Shown here: positions 13,400 through 27,348 of the stretch, one piece after another
Position numbering within the stretch: position 1 is the first letter of the stretch
Layout of the letters: each line of letters begins with the position of its first letter
NCBI RefSeq assembly: GCF_006345805.1
Contig: NC_043012.1
Location: 54,002,001-54,066,000, forward strand
Origin: Octopus sinensis
Taxonomy: Eukaryota
Direction of reading: 5' to 3'
Length of the DNA stretch: 64,000 bases
Program-made: the position numbers and the translations under genes
The notes under the pieces: model-generated
Database searches by the model: none
The model's input: the letters and a program-made list of their open reading frames with translations, nothing else
Told to the model about the DNA's origin: nothing

Positions 13400-14455
13400 A
13401 CCTCCTCAAAAATGTGTGGCCTTCTTTGTCGTGACATACTATACACTTGTTTCATCCAGATCTCGAAATTGTGTACCAGAATTTGGATCTCTGCTATTGA
13501 TTTACATATCCATTCCTTGACGTGGTTCACCCACCTTTCTCTTTGTCTGCTTCTTCTTTCTTTCTCCTCTATGGTTCCTTGAAAAATGGTCTATGCTTTT
13601 GTACTGGATGGCTATACCATCTCAGCTTTCTTTTCTTCGCCGTTTGAAGACATCTTTAATGACAACCAATACTGTGATGGTATATGCTTTCACAAATCCA
13701 CTTATTTGTGACGTGATCCAAGTACGAGGTACTTAATATGTTGTAATAGCATCTCACTTCCAGCACCTCTATAGCTATCTGAATATCTGCTTTGGGAAAT
13801 CATATATACCTACTGGAAAGTGAAAGTAACAATGCACACATGGGTCTGATTTTCATTTTTATAATGATATATCTTCATCTCTCCCTATTGTATTCAGTTT
13901 GGTTAATGTTGTTATTATCTGTGCGGTTCTTTGAAGGATCTCAGCTCTTTTTCATCTATCATTAATATTTGCCCCCAGAAAGGCGGTCAGTTGGCAGAAT
14001 CGTTTGCATGCCAGCAGTATTTCGTCTGCGTTTACGTTCTGAGTTCAAATTCCGCCCAAGCCGACTTTATCTTTCATTCTTTCGAGGTCGATAAAATTAG
14101 TGCTTGCTGATTACTTGGATCGATGCAAACGACTTACCCCCTACCCCAAAACTACTGGTCTCGTGCCAAAGTTAGAGACTAATATTTACCCGCCAAGCAT
14201 TTAAACTGCAGCCTTGTCTCCCTATCTCTAGTTTCTGCTCTGGTAGAGAATATCTGTTAAAATGGTACCGCCATAATTTTGGTGGGTGGTTTCGGCACTA
14301 ATTCTTATTCTAAACTTAGTGGAAGCTCAAATAAGGTGACTGGCTAATTCCACCTACTCGTCTTTCTCTTCCTGAAACCCCATCAGTGGTATCAGCAAAT
14401 TTTAGATTCAACAACATCGCTCATGATCCGCTCCAAGAAGAGGTTGGAGGCCACT
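13400..14455 (-). mobile_element. Degenerate RTE-clade LINE fragment (end of RT domain to C-terminus), interrupted by a SINE at about 13980-14185
   Basis: Minus-strand pieces translate as SNLFLERIMSDV..NLKFAD, AEILQRTAQ...LEVRCYYNILSTSYLDHVTN, KRRKLRWYSH and IFQGTIEEKERRSRQRERWVNHVKEW, the typical RTE ORF C-terminal motifs, with frameshifts and stops. Confidence 0.85.
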
Positions 14456-15974
14456 TACGCCTTGTATAAAAGGAAGTTGTATTGTATATAGAAAAATGCA
14501 GGTTTTACTTTTAAGTTCTATAGAAAAACTAAAATCCTATTTAGATTATGTTTAACATAAAACTTAAATCATTGTTTGATTTCAGCTTTTAAGAGCCTTT
14601 TCATTAAGTACCTACTTTGTTAAGGTCAACAGAAAGATTAACAGCGTATTTATACAAAAATATTTAGAAACCCAGGTTAGCATATGAAGATGCTTAAGTA
14701 CGCGTGTAATTTATTAGGAAAAATAATGTATATACGTTCAATCACTTAATACTACAGATAAAATTTAAGGACACAGGCGTTGATTGCTTTTTTGTTTACT
14801 AGAACTTAAAATTTTCTCCTTGGAATTATAATTTGGCGAAACCAACAGTCCTTGGTGGTAATATTTTTAAGAGGACTAGCATTTGTAAAATAACAGCATT
14901 GTATAAAAACCTTTGTATTCTAACCTGAATTTCCGAATATGTTCATGTATTTATGCTGACAATCCAACTGATGACCTTCAACTAAGAACATAATTACACG
15001 GCACTTAAAGTCACATGCAACAGAGTTAGATAAATGTTTAGCTTCATTTCCGGTAGAAGTTTAAAGGAAAATCTATACTGTTTTTGCGCACAATACAGGT
15101 TCTCTTTTCATAAGTTATAAGTAGCCTTGAACTAGTGAAAAAGTAGCCCTGATTTGAGTGAGTGCTCTAGAAGTAAACCGTCTGTAATTCAAATCCATGA
15201 CCGCTTTCGATTCTCGACAGCAGATATTACACCACACATCATTTACACTTCTTGAGTCATCATTGTCCTCAAACTCCTCATCGTTACTATCTCTTTCGTT
15301 CACTCCATTGTATTCATCTTCAACATCATATTTTGTCGAATTTTATTAAACGCGAAGTCTTTCGAATCCTACCTGATGTCACCGCTCTTTACAGAAATAC
15401 AGTTGTTGTGTTTTATGTCCTCGTTCACTTTCAAGTGCAAACACCACTACTAAGATAATTCGTTCGGGATTTTCTGCCGCAGCCTCATGCTTGAAAACGT
15501 TTGGGAGTCAAAGTTATCCAAACGATTACACTAAACCCTGGGCTTAACTCGTACTTTAGTTAATGGCCACAGAACTCAAATGGCGTTGAGCTCGACTAAA
15601 ATTTAAACCAGTTGAGCACTGTTTTGATCTAATTCATTACACTCCTCCGCTAAATATATGCTTGCATGTATAGATATGTGCGTATATACACATACACGCG
15701 CGGAGGAATGTCTATATATGTATTTTGGTGCATGTGTATACATGCATGTGTGCATACATGCATACGAACATACATAATACATACATATTTCCTTCTCAGG
15801 CTTACAATTCCAATTTCTCAACAATAAAGAAAACCAATGTCTAACCTAGAAAGAAAAACATTTTTATTTAAAGTTAGACAACATCATTCAGAGTAGTTTT
15901 GTATGTATGAAGATATATATATATACATACACGCGTGTGTGTGTGTGGGTGGGTGGGCGTATGTATGTATATAT

Positions 15975-16171
15975 CTCTTTTACTCTTTTACTTGTTTCAG
16001 TCATGCTGGAGCACCGCCTTTGGCCGAGCAAATCGACCCCAGGACTTACTCTTTGTAAGCCTAGTACTTATTCTATCGGTCTCTTTTGCTGAACCGCTAA
16101 GTCAAGGGGACGTAAACACACCAGCATCGGTTGTCAAGCGATGTTGAAGGGACAAACACAGACACAAACAT

Positions 16172-16242
<71 letters not shown>

Positions 16243-16397
16243 TATTATTGTATCCGACAGGCTTCTTTCAGTTTCTGTCTACTAAATCCATTCACAAGGC
16301 TTTGGTTGGCCCGAGACACTTGCCCAAAGTACCACACAGTGATACTGAACCCGGAACCACGTGGTTCGTAAGGCAGCTACTTACCACACAGCCACTC

Positions 16398-16400
<3 letters not shown>
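15975..16400 (-). mobile_element. SINE family B
   Basis: Matches the family B consensus. Confidence 0.85.
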
Positions 16401-16460
<60 letters not shown>

Positions 16461-16998
16461 GTGGGGTATGTGTGTATATGAGTCTGAACGTGTGATGGTG
16501 TGCATCAAAGCATAACTTATTGTAGGGCTTGCACTGAAATCTTGGGCTTCATATACATCATTTAGAGAGCCTCAGGTGATAGATTATCTGTTGGAAGTGA
16601 TCCTCCGTGGATAACTCACGAGAGTGTTTAAACTGAACACCACTTATCAAATACTTCTTTCTGTCATAGGGTACCGATTTACATCCAATTTTACATCCAT
16701 ATTCTCTATATCTTGTTTCATGTACCTCCGCAGTTTATTATGAGCCAATGTCACATAAGATATAACTTACTCCTTCCTGTTCATATAGAGGATAGAACCA
16801 TATCGCTATTTATATTCTACACTAACTAGAGCTGAACTAAGTTGCATTCCTCTTCTGCATGATAATGTAAAGGTTGGCAATAGAAATCAATCCGTGACTA
16901 GAAGTATTACGTAGCGATAGACAAACAAAAAATTCCTTGCTTGAATATTTTTATCTTATTTTTGTGTAACACTTTTATTCAACAATTTATTAACCAAT

Positions 16999-17044
16999 GC
17001 CTTGTGAGTGGATTTGGTAGACGGAAACTGAAAGAAGCCTGTCG

Positions 17045-17133
<89 letters not shown>

Positions 17134-17322
17134 GTGTGTCTGTGTTTGTCCCCATAGCATTGCTTGACAACCGATGCTGGTGTGTTTACGTCTCCGTCAA
17201 TTAGCGATAGAATAAGTACTGGGCTTACAAAGAATAACTCCCGGGGTCGATTTGCTTGACTAAAGGCGGTGCTCCAGCATGGCCGCAGTCAAAATAACTG
17301 AAACAAGTAAAAGAGTAAAAGA
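16999..17322 (+). mobile_element. SINE family B, 5'-truncated
   Basis: Starts at gccttgtgagtggatttgg and ends in an aaagagt tail. Confidence 0.85.
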
Positions 17323-17379
<57 letters not shown>

Positions 17380-17597
17380 CATGTACTTACGCTGACAATC
17401 CAACTGATGACCTTCAACTAAGAACATAATTACACGGCACTTAAAGTCACATGCAACAGAGTTAGATAAATGTTTAGCTTCATTTCCGGTAGAAGTTTAA
17501 AGGAAATTTATCTTTCCTGAGCGCCATACTAATACAATTGTTTGTTTGTTTTCCACCTGCCTTCGTCTTTTGTCTATTTTCATAAAGCTTCCCGTTA

Positions 17598-17684
<87 letters not shown>

Positions 17685-17704
17685 GAGAGAGAAGAGAGAG
17701 AGAG

Positions 17705-17952
17705 AGGCCAGATGTCAGAAACTTTAGCACGCCGAGCGAAGCGCGTAGCCGTATTTCGTCTGCCGTTACGTTCTGAATTCAAATTCCACCGAGGTCGACT
17801 TTGTTTTTCATCCTTTCGTGGTTGATAAATTAAGTACCAGTTACGCACTGGGGTCGATATAATCGACTTAATCCGTTTGTCTGTTCTTGTTTGTCCCCTC
17901 TGTGTTTAGCCCCTTGTGGGTAGTAAAGAAATAGGTATTTCGTCTGCCGTTA
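17705..17952 (+). mobile_element. SINE family A
   Basis: Consensus match ending gaaataggtatttcgtctgccgtta. Confidence 0.85.
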
Positions 17953-19044
17953 CTGGAACTGTATACAACGGCTGTAACTGCACATCTCGAGCAGAAATTA
18001 ACAAAGAAATAAAGACAGCAGAAGTGGCAAAATCTGTAGTACGAACCAGCATAAGACCTTCAACCATTATCCTGCTGTTCGGCCTGCTAGAAGTAACAAC
18101 CTAGTTCTTATTGAACAGCAGTATGCAAAGTGTACGCAACTAATGAAAACATTATTGAAGTCTATTTTTTGCTTCGTCTCTGTTTGTTCTGCAAATCTGA
18201 AAGCTTTACAGTTTTGTAGCCCGATTTAGAATTAAAAAAGAATAGAAGACGAAAGGAATCTGTTGATTATCACAATTATATCGTGACATCCTGGCAAAAT
18301 ATTAGTTTCACCTCAGCGACCGCAACGTCTTTATTATTTCATCCTGGCAGTAAATGTGAAAACCACAGCTAAACGCAAGCTCGTCTTGTTATAAAACAAA
18401 TACTTTGTATGAAATTTCCCATCTAAAACCCAAATCAATTCAGTCTTCCAACTAATGACTATTTTTGAATTGAACATTTTTTTTTCTTTCTTTCTCGAAC
18501 CTTCTGCACCAAGAGGATAAAAAAAAAATTTGCATTTTTTTGTTTAAGCTAACTATAAAAATAGTTTTACGTATTGTGGTTTTTAAGAAAACATCTAGCC
18601 GTGGGAAAGTACGAATGTTTCATTGAAAAACACTTGCAAAGAGGTTTGCATGCGAGAAGAAAAGAAAATCTTTCGTGTGAATGAAAGAAAAACTGAATTA
18701 GCAGAATTGTTTCTATATGTTTGGAGTTCAAATTCCTCGAAGGTCACGTTTACTTCCTTCGGAGGATCAATAAAGTGAAGTACCAACCAAATGTTGGTTG
18801 AGAACAATTTAATCGATTGCCGATCTGTCTTTAAATGCAATGGGAAGCGTGGTACAGAAAAGCTCCAAATCACTGCCTAAACATAGGAATCCGTCGACAG
18901 GCGAAGTGGTAGATCGGTTAGGGTACAGTGACGTCACAATAGTATTCTCTCTCTTTAATACCCGGTATTATTTCAAATGTGCTTAATTTATCGACCCCGA
19001 AAGGATGAAAAGCAAGGTCGATCTTAGCGGAATTTGAACTCGTG

Positions 19045-19189
19045 TGATAAGTAGCTTGCTTACCAACCACATGGTCCCGGGTTCAGTCCCACTGCGTGGC
19101 ACCTTGGGCAAGTGTCTTCTACTATAGCCTCTGGCTGACCAAAGTCTTTTGAGTGGTTTCGGTAGACGGAAACTGAAAGAAGCCCGTCG

Positions 19190-19221
<32 letters not shown>

Positions 19222-19445
19222 GTGTGTGTGTGAGTGTATGTGTGTGTGTGTGTGTGTGTGAGTGTGTGTGTGCGTGTGTGTATGTCTGTGTGTGTGTGCG
19301 TGTGTGTATGTCTGTGTGTTTACGTCCCCGTAACTTAGCGTTTCAGTAAAAGGCACCGATAAAATAAGTACTAGGCTTACAAAGAATAAGTCCTGGGGTT
19401 GACTTGCAGCATAGCCACAGTCAAATGACTGAAACAAGTAAACAA
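19045..19445 (+). mobile_element. SINE family B
   Basis: Matches the family B consensus. Confidence 0.85.
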
Positions 19446-19448
19446 AGA

Positions 19449-19876
19449 AACGAAATACCTATTTCTTTATTACCCACAAGGGGCTAAACACGGAGAGGAC
19501 AAATAAGGACAGAAAAACGGATTAAGCTGATTATATCGACCCCAGTGCGTAACTGGTACTTATTTAATCGACCCCGAAAGGATAAAAGGCAAAGTCGACC
19601 TCCGCGGAATTTGAACTCAGAACGTAAAGACAGACGAAATACCTATTTCTTTTTTGCCCACAAGGGGTTAAACAGAGAGGGGACAAACAAGGACAGACAA
19701 ACAGATTAAGTCGATTACATCGACCCCAGTACGTAAGTGGTACTTTATTAATCGACTCCGAAAGGATGAAAGGCAAAGTCGAGCTCGGCGGAATTTGAAC
19801 TCAGAACGTAACGGCAGATGAAATAACGCTGGGCATTTCGCCTGGCGTACTAACGATTCTGCCAGTTCGCCGCCTT
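19449..19876 (-). mobile_element. SINE family A, head plus tandemly repeated body of about 185 bp
   Basis: Two consecutive bodies joined through gacgaaatacctatttc. Confidence 0.85.
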
Positions 19877-22800
19877 ATGAATGGATAAATATTAAGACTG
19901 GATGGTCAGGGCTAAAAACAGTTTATCATTAATGTCGGCAGATCTCTCAGGACTAAATAACCAGCCAACCAACCGACTTTTGAATCACACCCAGTTCTTT
20001 AAAAGGAAAAGGAATGACACTTTTAGTAATATAGACCGAATAACATTGTGTTTGAAAACAAAAGACAAGGTGGCCACAGCAGGAATGCATTTCTTCGTTT
20101 ATTTGCTAGAGCTAAACTATCACTAAATCTTCAAGTTGCTGTCTTAAGCAAAAAATAATAAGAATCTTTAACGTGCAATAACTTCGTAAATATAAGTTTT
20201 TCTCAAAAATGCTAAGAGTAAAAGATGTTTTATATGACACATTCTACCAGTGTCCGAAGTTTGAAAGTGTTTAGTTAAAAAAATATATTTTTTAAATCTG
20301 GTAGACGGAAACTGAAAGAAGCCCGTCGTATATGTATATATATATATATATATGTGTGTGTGTATGTATGTGTCTTTGTCCCATACCACCAACTGACAAC
20401 CGGTGAGCGTGCGTTTACGTCCCCCAGACTTAGCAGTTCGGCAAAAGAACTCGATTGGATAAGTACCAGGCTTCAAAATTAGTCGATTAGTTCGATTAAA
20501 ATTCCTCAAAGCGGAGCCCCAACATGGCCGCAGTTCAATGGCGGAAATAAGTAAAAGAAAAAACTAGTTTTTAAACATCGAATGGAAATGGGGGCCCACA
20601 AGGATAAAAAAATTAATCAAGGCGATCCATAGGGGAAAAAATTGTTGATAACCACTGCTCTAACGGTTGCACCAAACCATGGCTTATGGAAATATTATAA
20701 CAATAAATTATACAGAATTCAATTGAGGAGGCGGCGGTGGGGATGGAATGTAACAAGAATAACGTTTGCTTTTTGTAAATTTATACCGTTGTTTATTTTA
20801 TATTTTGTTTGCTTTTGTCATTTTGAGGGGATTTTTATTTTTACGTTTGATTGAAAATAAAACCGGAGATATGTTAATCAAGCAATAACTGATTAAGTCA
20901 ATGGTGTTTCATTCATCCAATATTAGATTATAATCAAACGAAAGCTTTAGATTTCATCTGTAGAATACTAAGCAGCCGACATGATAGCTGTTATCTCTGC
21001 AGCTTTGATGTACTGTTTGTTCTTTCGTTATTTTTTTTTAAACATATCGGTTTCCAGACACAGCTTAACTATGACGCTATCATGATATGATATATATGTG
21101 TGGGTTGCCAGGATTTATACCACGTGATTGTGTTTAATCAAGCTTAAAGTCGGAGATTACTATTCTTCTTCCTCTTCTTGTTGGTAGTATTATCGAGTAG
21201 CGTAGCTTTGTGTGGGTATGAACGAGACTGCCCCCCCCCCCCGGGCAACATTTTTATGGCGATGGTACTTTTAGGTTTGCTGTATAATCCTCCATAGGAG
21301 GTGAGGCATGGGGGACACAAACTCAAAAGCTGCCCCGGGCAGCACACATTGCAACTATACTACTGTTTCTATTATTGTTTATCCCAACAGTAACTTTCAT
21401 CGAACTGGCTTAAGATCACCGACATTCCAACCATGACCATCTTGTTTTTGTTTCCCTATGTGCAGGCTACTCGGAAACTCGGTGTCCAACGTGTCCTTTT
21501 TAACCTCTTAACTAACATACACATTTTTTTTTTCAACTTCCATACAAAAATATATTGTCTTTTGTTGTTCATTTTGTATCTGTATATAAGGAAGAATAAG
21601 TACACGAATTTATTTTGGATCAATTATGATTTATTATGAAGTTACTAATAGAAATTATAATTACTGATAGTTAATGATAGAAAACGAGAATAACATCATG
21701 AACGAAGTATTTCGGAGTAGAAATAAGTGGCAGATACCTCGGAGTATAGTAAATGTATATTTTCGTTCAAGTAGACATCTCTGAACGAAAATGTACAGGA
21801 TAATATGTTAAGAGGTTAAGACTATAGCGTTTGTCTTGAGGAAGATTCGGTAGTTATTTCTAGAAAGTCGATTAATCACATATTGCTCAGATCCAGACTA
21901 AATTCTACGATTGAGAATTTCTACGATTAATGACGTTGCAACCATAAGCAACCATTTTATCTTTTTCAGACGTACAAAACTACAATGTGTGCGTGTTTTT
22001 TTTACCGGTAGTATATGGTTTGTGGAAGATTGGCCTAGTATTTCTGGTAGATCGGGCGATCACATAGAAACAATCTCTTTGGTGGGGTCTTTACTTTATG
22101 TAGAGGAAAATAAAAATTTTATTGTTCACATCTTTGTGTAAGTAGAAAAAGCAATTGAAGTGAAGTAAAGTAAACACGTGAATTGAAGCTGCGTTGCAGT
22201 CTCAGCACTCGAGAAACTTACTTCACCAGTATTTACTTACTCGTTAAAGATAAGATTGTTTATTTCTGTTTGACGGCGCGAATAAATCAAACGATAAGTT
22301 CCCGGTGACACAAGTACTTCTTTGATACGCGGTTGAAAAGTAGTCGCATCACTGTACTTGCATGGCTCGAATTAGCATAACGGGAAATATCTCTTTAGTC
22401 ATGACATTGAACTAGCAACAACAAAAACAAGCCCATTTTACACTTAGTTTATATATTGGTTTCTACTCTAGGCACAAGGCCTGAGATTAGGTATGAGTTG
22501 AGGCTTGTCGGTTACAACGTCCTCAGTACTTAACTGGTACTTATTTTATAAACAACCGCGGGAGAATTTGAACTCAGAATGCAAAGACAGACGAAATGCT
22601 GCTAAGCATTTTGCACGGCGTGCTCACGATTCTACCAGCTCACTGCCTTAATATTTTTCGGTATATTAAAGTGTGTAAGATGCAGCTGCGGTCGACTTTG
22701 CCTTTCATCCTTTCGGGGTTGATGAAATAAGTACCAGTTGAGTACTTCCCCTGAACTGGCTTGTACCAAAATTTGAAACCAATATATTGAAAAAAACATA

Positions 22801-24251
22801 ATACTTTTATTTCTTTTTCACCTAAAATATTGCAACTTCATGCCTAACGAAAAGAAATTAAGAAAATCATTGCACGTATTATACTGACCTTAACTGCACA
22901 AAAACAGAAAAGAAAGCTTGAGAAGGAAATACTTTCCAGTTCAGAATGTTTTATCGAGTTGGAGTGGTAGATTAAAGCGACCCCAGCTTTTGACTGGTAC
23001 TTTATCAACCTCTGGAAGATGAAAGACAAAATCGACCCCAGCGGGATTTGAACACAGAACGCAAAATGGCAGAACGAATTCTACAAAGCATTTTATCCAA
23101 CAGTCTAAGTATTCTGTCAATGCGCTGCTCTTTACAAAAGTGGTTTCTGATGTAGAGCAATACCAGCAATCCTGCAGCAATCCTGTTTATTATGTCAACC
23201 CCTGTACTTAATTAGTATTTATTTTATCAAGCCTAAAAGTAGGAAAGGTAAAATTAGTCTCACCGGGACTAAATTGTTGGTTTCAAATTTTGCCCAAGGC
23301 CAACAATTTCGAAGAAGGGGATAAGTCGATTACAACGACTCCAATAATCGACTGGCGCGTATTTTATCGACCTCCAGGGATGAAAGGCTAAGTCGATCTC
23401 GGCGAAATTTGAACTCAGAATGTAAAGACGAAAGGAAATACTGCTGAGAATTTTGTCCGACTTACTAACGATTATGCCAGCTCACCACCTTCAATTTACC
23501 AAAGTAATGCGAGTAAAGTTTAATAGATGTTATTTATGGAAGCTCTGACGAACTACTCTCGTTTTTTGGTGGTAGAATTAATATGCCACTCGTCTAGCCC
23601 TTGTCGTCTGGACCTTCCGAAAAGACCACTCTGTTGCAGGTTTCAAAAGTAAGACCTCTTTCTGGTCTAATATTTTCGTTCTTTCAACTGTCAGTCCCAA
23701 AAGCCCTGGAAAGGTCGTATCCACTGCCCTCCTGCTCTGACTTAGCCATAAAAACATAACATATATGGAGGTGTATGTCTGCAAAAATTATATTGTGAAG
23801 TTCGTGGGTGTGGATAAGTTCTTATACAATGGCAAGAAAACAAATCTCACGTTTCGGAACTTTCACATCATTGAAGATCGAAAAGAATTATTTCTCACTC
23901 TCTCATCATCTCTATCTCTGTATTTGTTTCGATCTCTCTCAAATGAAGGACTACTCATGATGCTTCAATATTTTCCCCCAAGGCACACAAAATTATCCAA
24001 ACTCACAAAGACTAAAGTCATTTAGTTTCGACGCTCACCAGGTTATATTTTTTGTTACTGCATACAATGAGACAAAGACAATGAACTACAAGGAACATAT
24101 TAACATATTATAATTAATGCATACGCCTACAAGTTGAATTGGTGTTCTTTCTTTTGATTGAATTTCTTTTTCCCTTTCTTCTACTATATATCAGTTGTGA
24201 AAATGTATTCATTAACAGTAACGCATGTTCTATTTTTATTTTGTTTTGCAG

Positions 24252-24296
24252 CAAAACCCCCTAAGACTCGGGCATCGCAAATAATTCCATTGGCAG
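24252..24296 (+). CDS. ITIH-like gene, 45-nt linker exon
   Basis: ttttattttgttttgcAG acceptor, CAG/GTAAGT donor, phase 1-1, open frame (S)KPPKTRASQIIPLA joining the flanking exons in frame. No homology support beyond splice signals and frame. Confidence 0.65.
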
Positions 24297-24318
24297 GTAA
24301 GTTATTTCTATAAATATG

Positions 24319-24550
24319 TATTTCTTTACTACCCACAAGGGGCTAAACACAGAGGGGACAAACAAGGACAGACAAACGGATTAAGTCGATTATATCGACC
24401 CCAGTGCGTAACTGGTACTTATTTAATCGACCCCGAAAGGATGAAAGGCAAAGTCGACCTTGGCGGAATTTGAACTCAGAACGTAACGGCAGACGAAATA
24501 CGGCTACGCATTTCGCCCGGCGTGCTAACGTTTCTGCCAGCTCGCCGCCT
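24319..24550 (-). mobile_element. SINE family A, young copy with 16-bp TSD
   Basis: TSD tatttctataaatatg at 24303-24318 and 24558-24573; near-consensus sequence. Confidence 0.9.
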
Positions 24551-24689
24551 TATATTCTATTTCTATAAATATGATGGCGCCCTTAACAGAAAATACACAC
24601 ACTTGCATACATAAATACATACATATATCTTTTATTTATCCCAGTCATTTGACTACGATCGTGCTGGGGGACCACTTTACTCTTACTGT

Positions 24690-25046
24690 CTTTTACTTTT
24701 TTACTTGTTTCAGTCATTTGAGTGCGGCCATGCTGGAGCGCCGCCTTTTCGTCGAGCAAATCTACCCCAGGACTTATTCTTTGTAAGCCTAGTACTTACT
24801 CTATCGGTCTCTTTTGCCGAACCGTTAAGTTTTGGGGACGTAAACACACCAGCATCTGTTCTCAAGTGATGTTGGAGGGACAAACACAGACACACAAACT
24901 TTACACACACACATATACATATATACGACAAGCTTCTTTCAGTTTCCGCCTACCAAATCCACTCACAAGGCTTTGTAGAAGACACTTGCCCAAGGTGCCA
25001 CGCAGTGGGACTGAACCTGGAACCATGTGGTTGGTAAGCAAGCTAC
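24690..25046 (-). mobile_element. SINE family B, head truncated by the GC-rich insertion
   Basis: The consensus match stops at agcaagctac (25046). Confidence 0.85.
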
Positions 25047-25960
25047 ATTTATTCATAAAATTGGCCATGAAGGGCGTACATAGAGGAGTAGCTGCGGGCT
25101 GGACAAAAACATTAATGAGATGAGGATGATAATGATGAACAAAAATGGGAGGGGCACCGGCGCCCGCCGACCGATAACCCCTCGAAATCACTGTTCTTTC
25201 ATTTACATTTTATAGTCAATGATTATATAACAAACATCAATCCTCCTCGTCAGAGCTCCCAAGCAAGTGACCCGCCGCCTGCAGACAATTCCGCATCGAC
25301 AGATCGGGGCCTGGGAGGAGGAAGGCAAATTCTTCCTTGTCAAAGGTCACTGTGACCCTCGACAAAACTTTGCATGTTGTTACCTTCGCAGCCACCTGCG
25401 GAGGCCATAATGCACTGCTTGTACAAGCCGAGCACGCCCGGTCTCGGTTGCCCAGGCCGTCCAAGAATTTACTCACGTCCCTCCCTCGTGGTAAAGGAGG
25501 ATAAACTCCTCCTCACGGGAAGAAACCTCAAACTGCTCTGTCAGTGGCACACTTCCCGCTAACGGAACCTTATCCGCTAGTGGCATACATCCCACTTGCG
25601 GTTCTGTCGGCGGCCCAGGAACATCCGCCGACCGTCCCCTGATCCTTTTTCCCCTTTGTTTTTGAGGCTGCGGGAGCAGGGGGCTACGTCGACAGACGCG
25701 GGGTGTCGCTACCCTTCTCCGCCACCTGTACATTCTTTGGTGAGCAACCTTAGTTGCTCACCTTTCTTTTTCTTTTCGTGGAGGCAACTTCCTCCACGAC
25801 TTCCACCGTCTCCCCCTCCAATGAGGGGGCGGCGGGCACTTTTTCTTTTTTATGCTTGTTGTGATGATTGTTGCGTTGTGATAGGCTCTCCGACAACATT
25901 GACAAAATTGAGTGAATACGATGTGTTATGTGTGTTTCGTTCAGCTGACGCTTGAACTCT
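25047..25960 (-). mobile_element. GC-rich insertion, probable non-LTR retrotransposon remnant (ORF1-like plus 3' UTR)
   Basis: Sharp GC rise, broken minus-strand ORFs (25473-25733, 25237-25476), minus-strand AATAAA right at the junction where it truncates a family B SINE. No recognisable domain. Confidence 0.4.
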
Positions 25961-27348
25961 GACCAACAACATCATATTAGAATGAAGAGTTCAGGAAAAA
26001 ATGTCAAGAAACATTCGCGATAAAACTATGTAAATTACCGTCGTCCCCTTCATCACCATCGTTCTTACTGTTTAGTACTAGGTTTACCCTAATCAGAAGC
26101 ATGCCAGATGTGACCATGCCAACTTTTATATTTAGGTGTATCTTGAACTAAGTAATCCGGTGTATTCTTTCCTTTCCTTCATACCTTTCTTTTACTTTTG
26201 CTAGTTAGATGAAGTTTGTGGTAGATTTAGCTGCTATTTCCAGCAAGTTGCCACTGGCTCGAAGACCTTCATATAATAGTATTTGTTAACGCTTTAAGGA
26301 AAGAGAGATAGAGTGAGTGAGAGGTAGGGGGGAAAAGCACAGAAGAAAGTTGAGATTAATTCTAATGGTGTGAAGACAGATGAATTTCAGAATATAACAA
26401 TGGCGGTTATATAATTAGAAGGTGACAAAGAAGGAATGTAATACAACAGATTACACTAAAGGTTTGATTAGGTCGACGGCTTCCATCTGAAAGTCATCTG
26501 AAATGGTCGAGATCATTAAATAGGATAATTTAATATGACTTTGCAGATTTGAAAAATGACTGCTTTATAATTAAAATAAACGCATTTCTGGAAACCGGGT
26601 CTTGTAATTTGCTTGTATTACATTCTTTGGCAATTACTTGCATTAATTCGCTTCCAGAAGCCTTCTTCGCTCAAAGTTAGTCCTTGAATGCAAAAATCCT
26701 TGTCATACCAGATTATAAATAAAACAAGACGGATCTCAATTAGCTCCTTAAACAAAGCGTATGGTTTGGACTAATCCAGATGATTTATAGAGATCAACAT
26801 CTGCACGATGTCAAGAATATTTTACATTCTAAAAAGGAAGTTAATAACTAAGGTTTTACTGATGTTGAAAAAGATAAAGCTTTGGGGAGAAATCCCTGAG
26901 GTTATGTATAAACTGAGAGTTGTTCATTAGATTGGAGAGATACCAGAAATAAAATACTACCATTTTATATTAAGTCACCAGATTATTAAATCACACTCAG
27001 AAATGACAGTGAATATTTTCCTTTTTTTATGGGGGGAAAAAGTATCGAAATGTCGACACACATGAAGTGCGGTCATTTAAAGCAAAGGAAACTTATAACA
27101 TCAGTGATGATTACATCATCAGTGTAAGTAAATATTGTCTCGAATCCTAGCAATTGTAGAGTCGGTTACCCGGCATACAGGGGATCAAGATCACAACATT
27201 TCATCTGAAGGGGACGAAAGTTCATCGCAGAGTTGCCTGTTTACAGCTGAGTGGAGCGGGAAAACATGAAAAGAAGTGTTTTGTTCAAGAACACAGCACA
27301 TCGCGAATCGATCTGAGTATCGAATCCACTATCGAAAGTGCAGCACCC

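Noticed and set aside
14968-14974. CTGATGA here and in the duplicate at 17405
   Set aside because: No stem II followed by GAAA, and no convincing C/D box partner.
15115-15380. Acidic minus-strand ORF reminiscent of a piggyBac transposase N-terminus
   Set aside because: No catalytic domain, TIR or TTAA site found; composition alone is insufficient.
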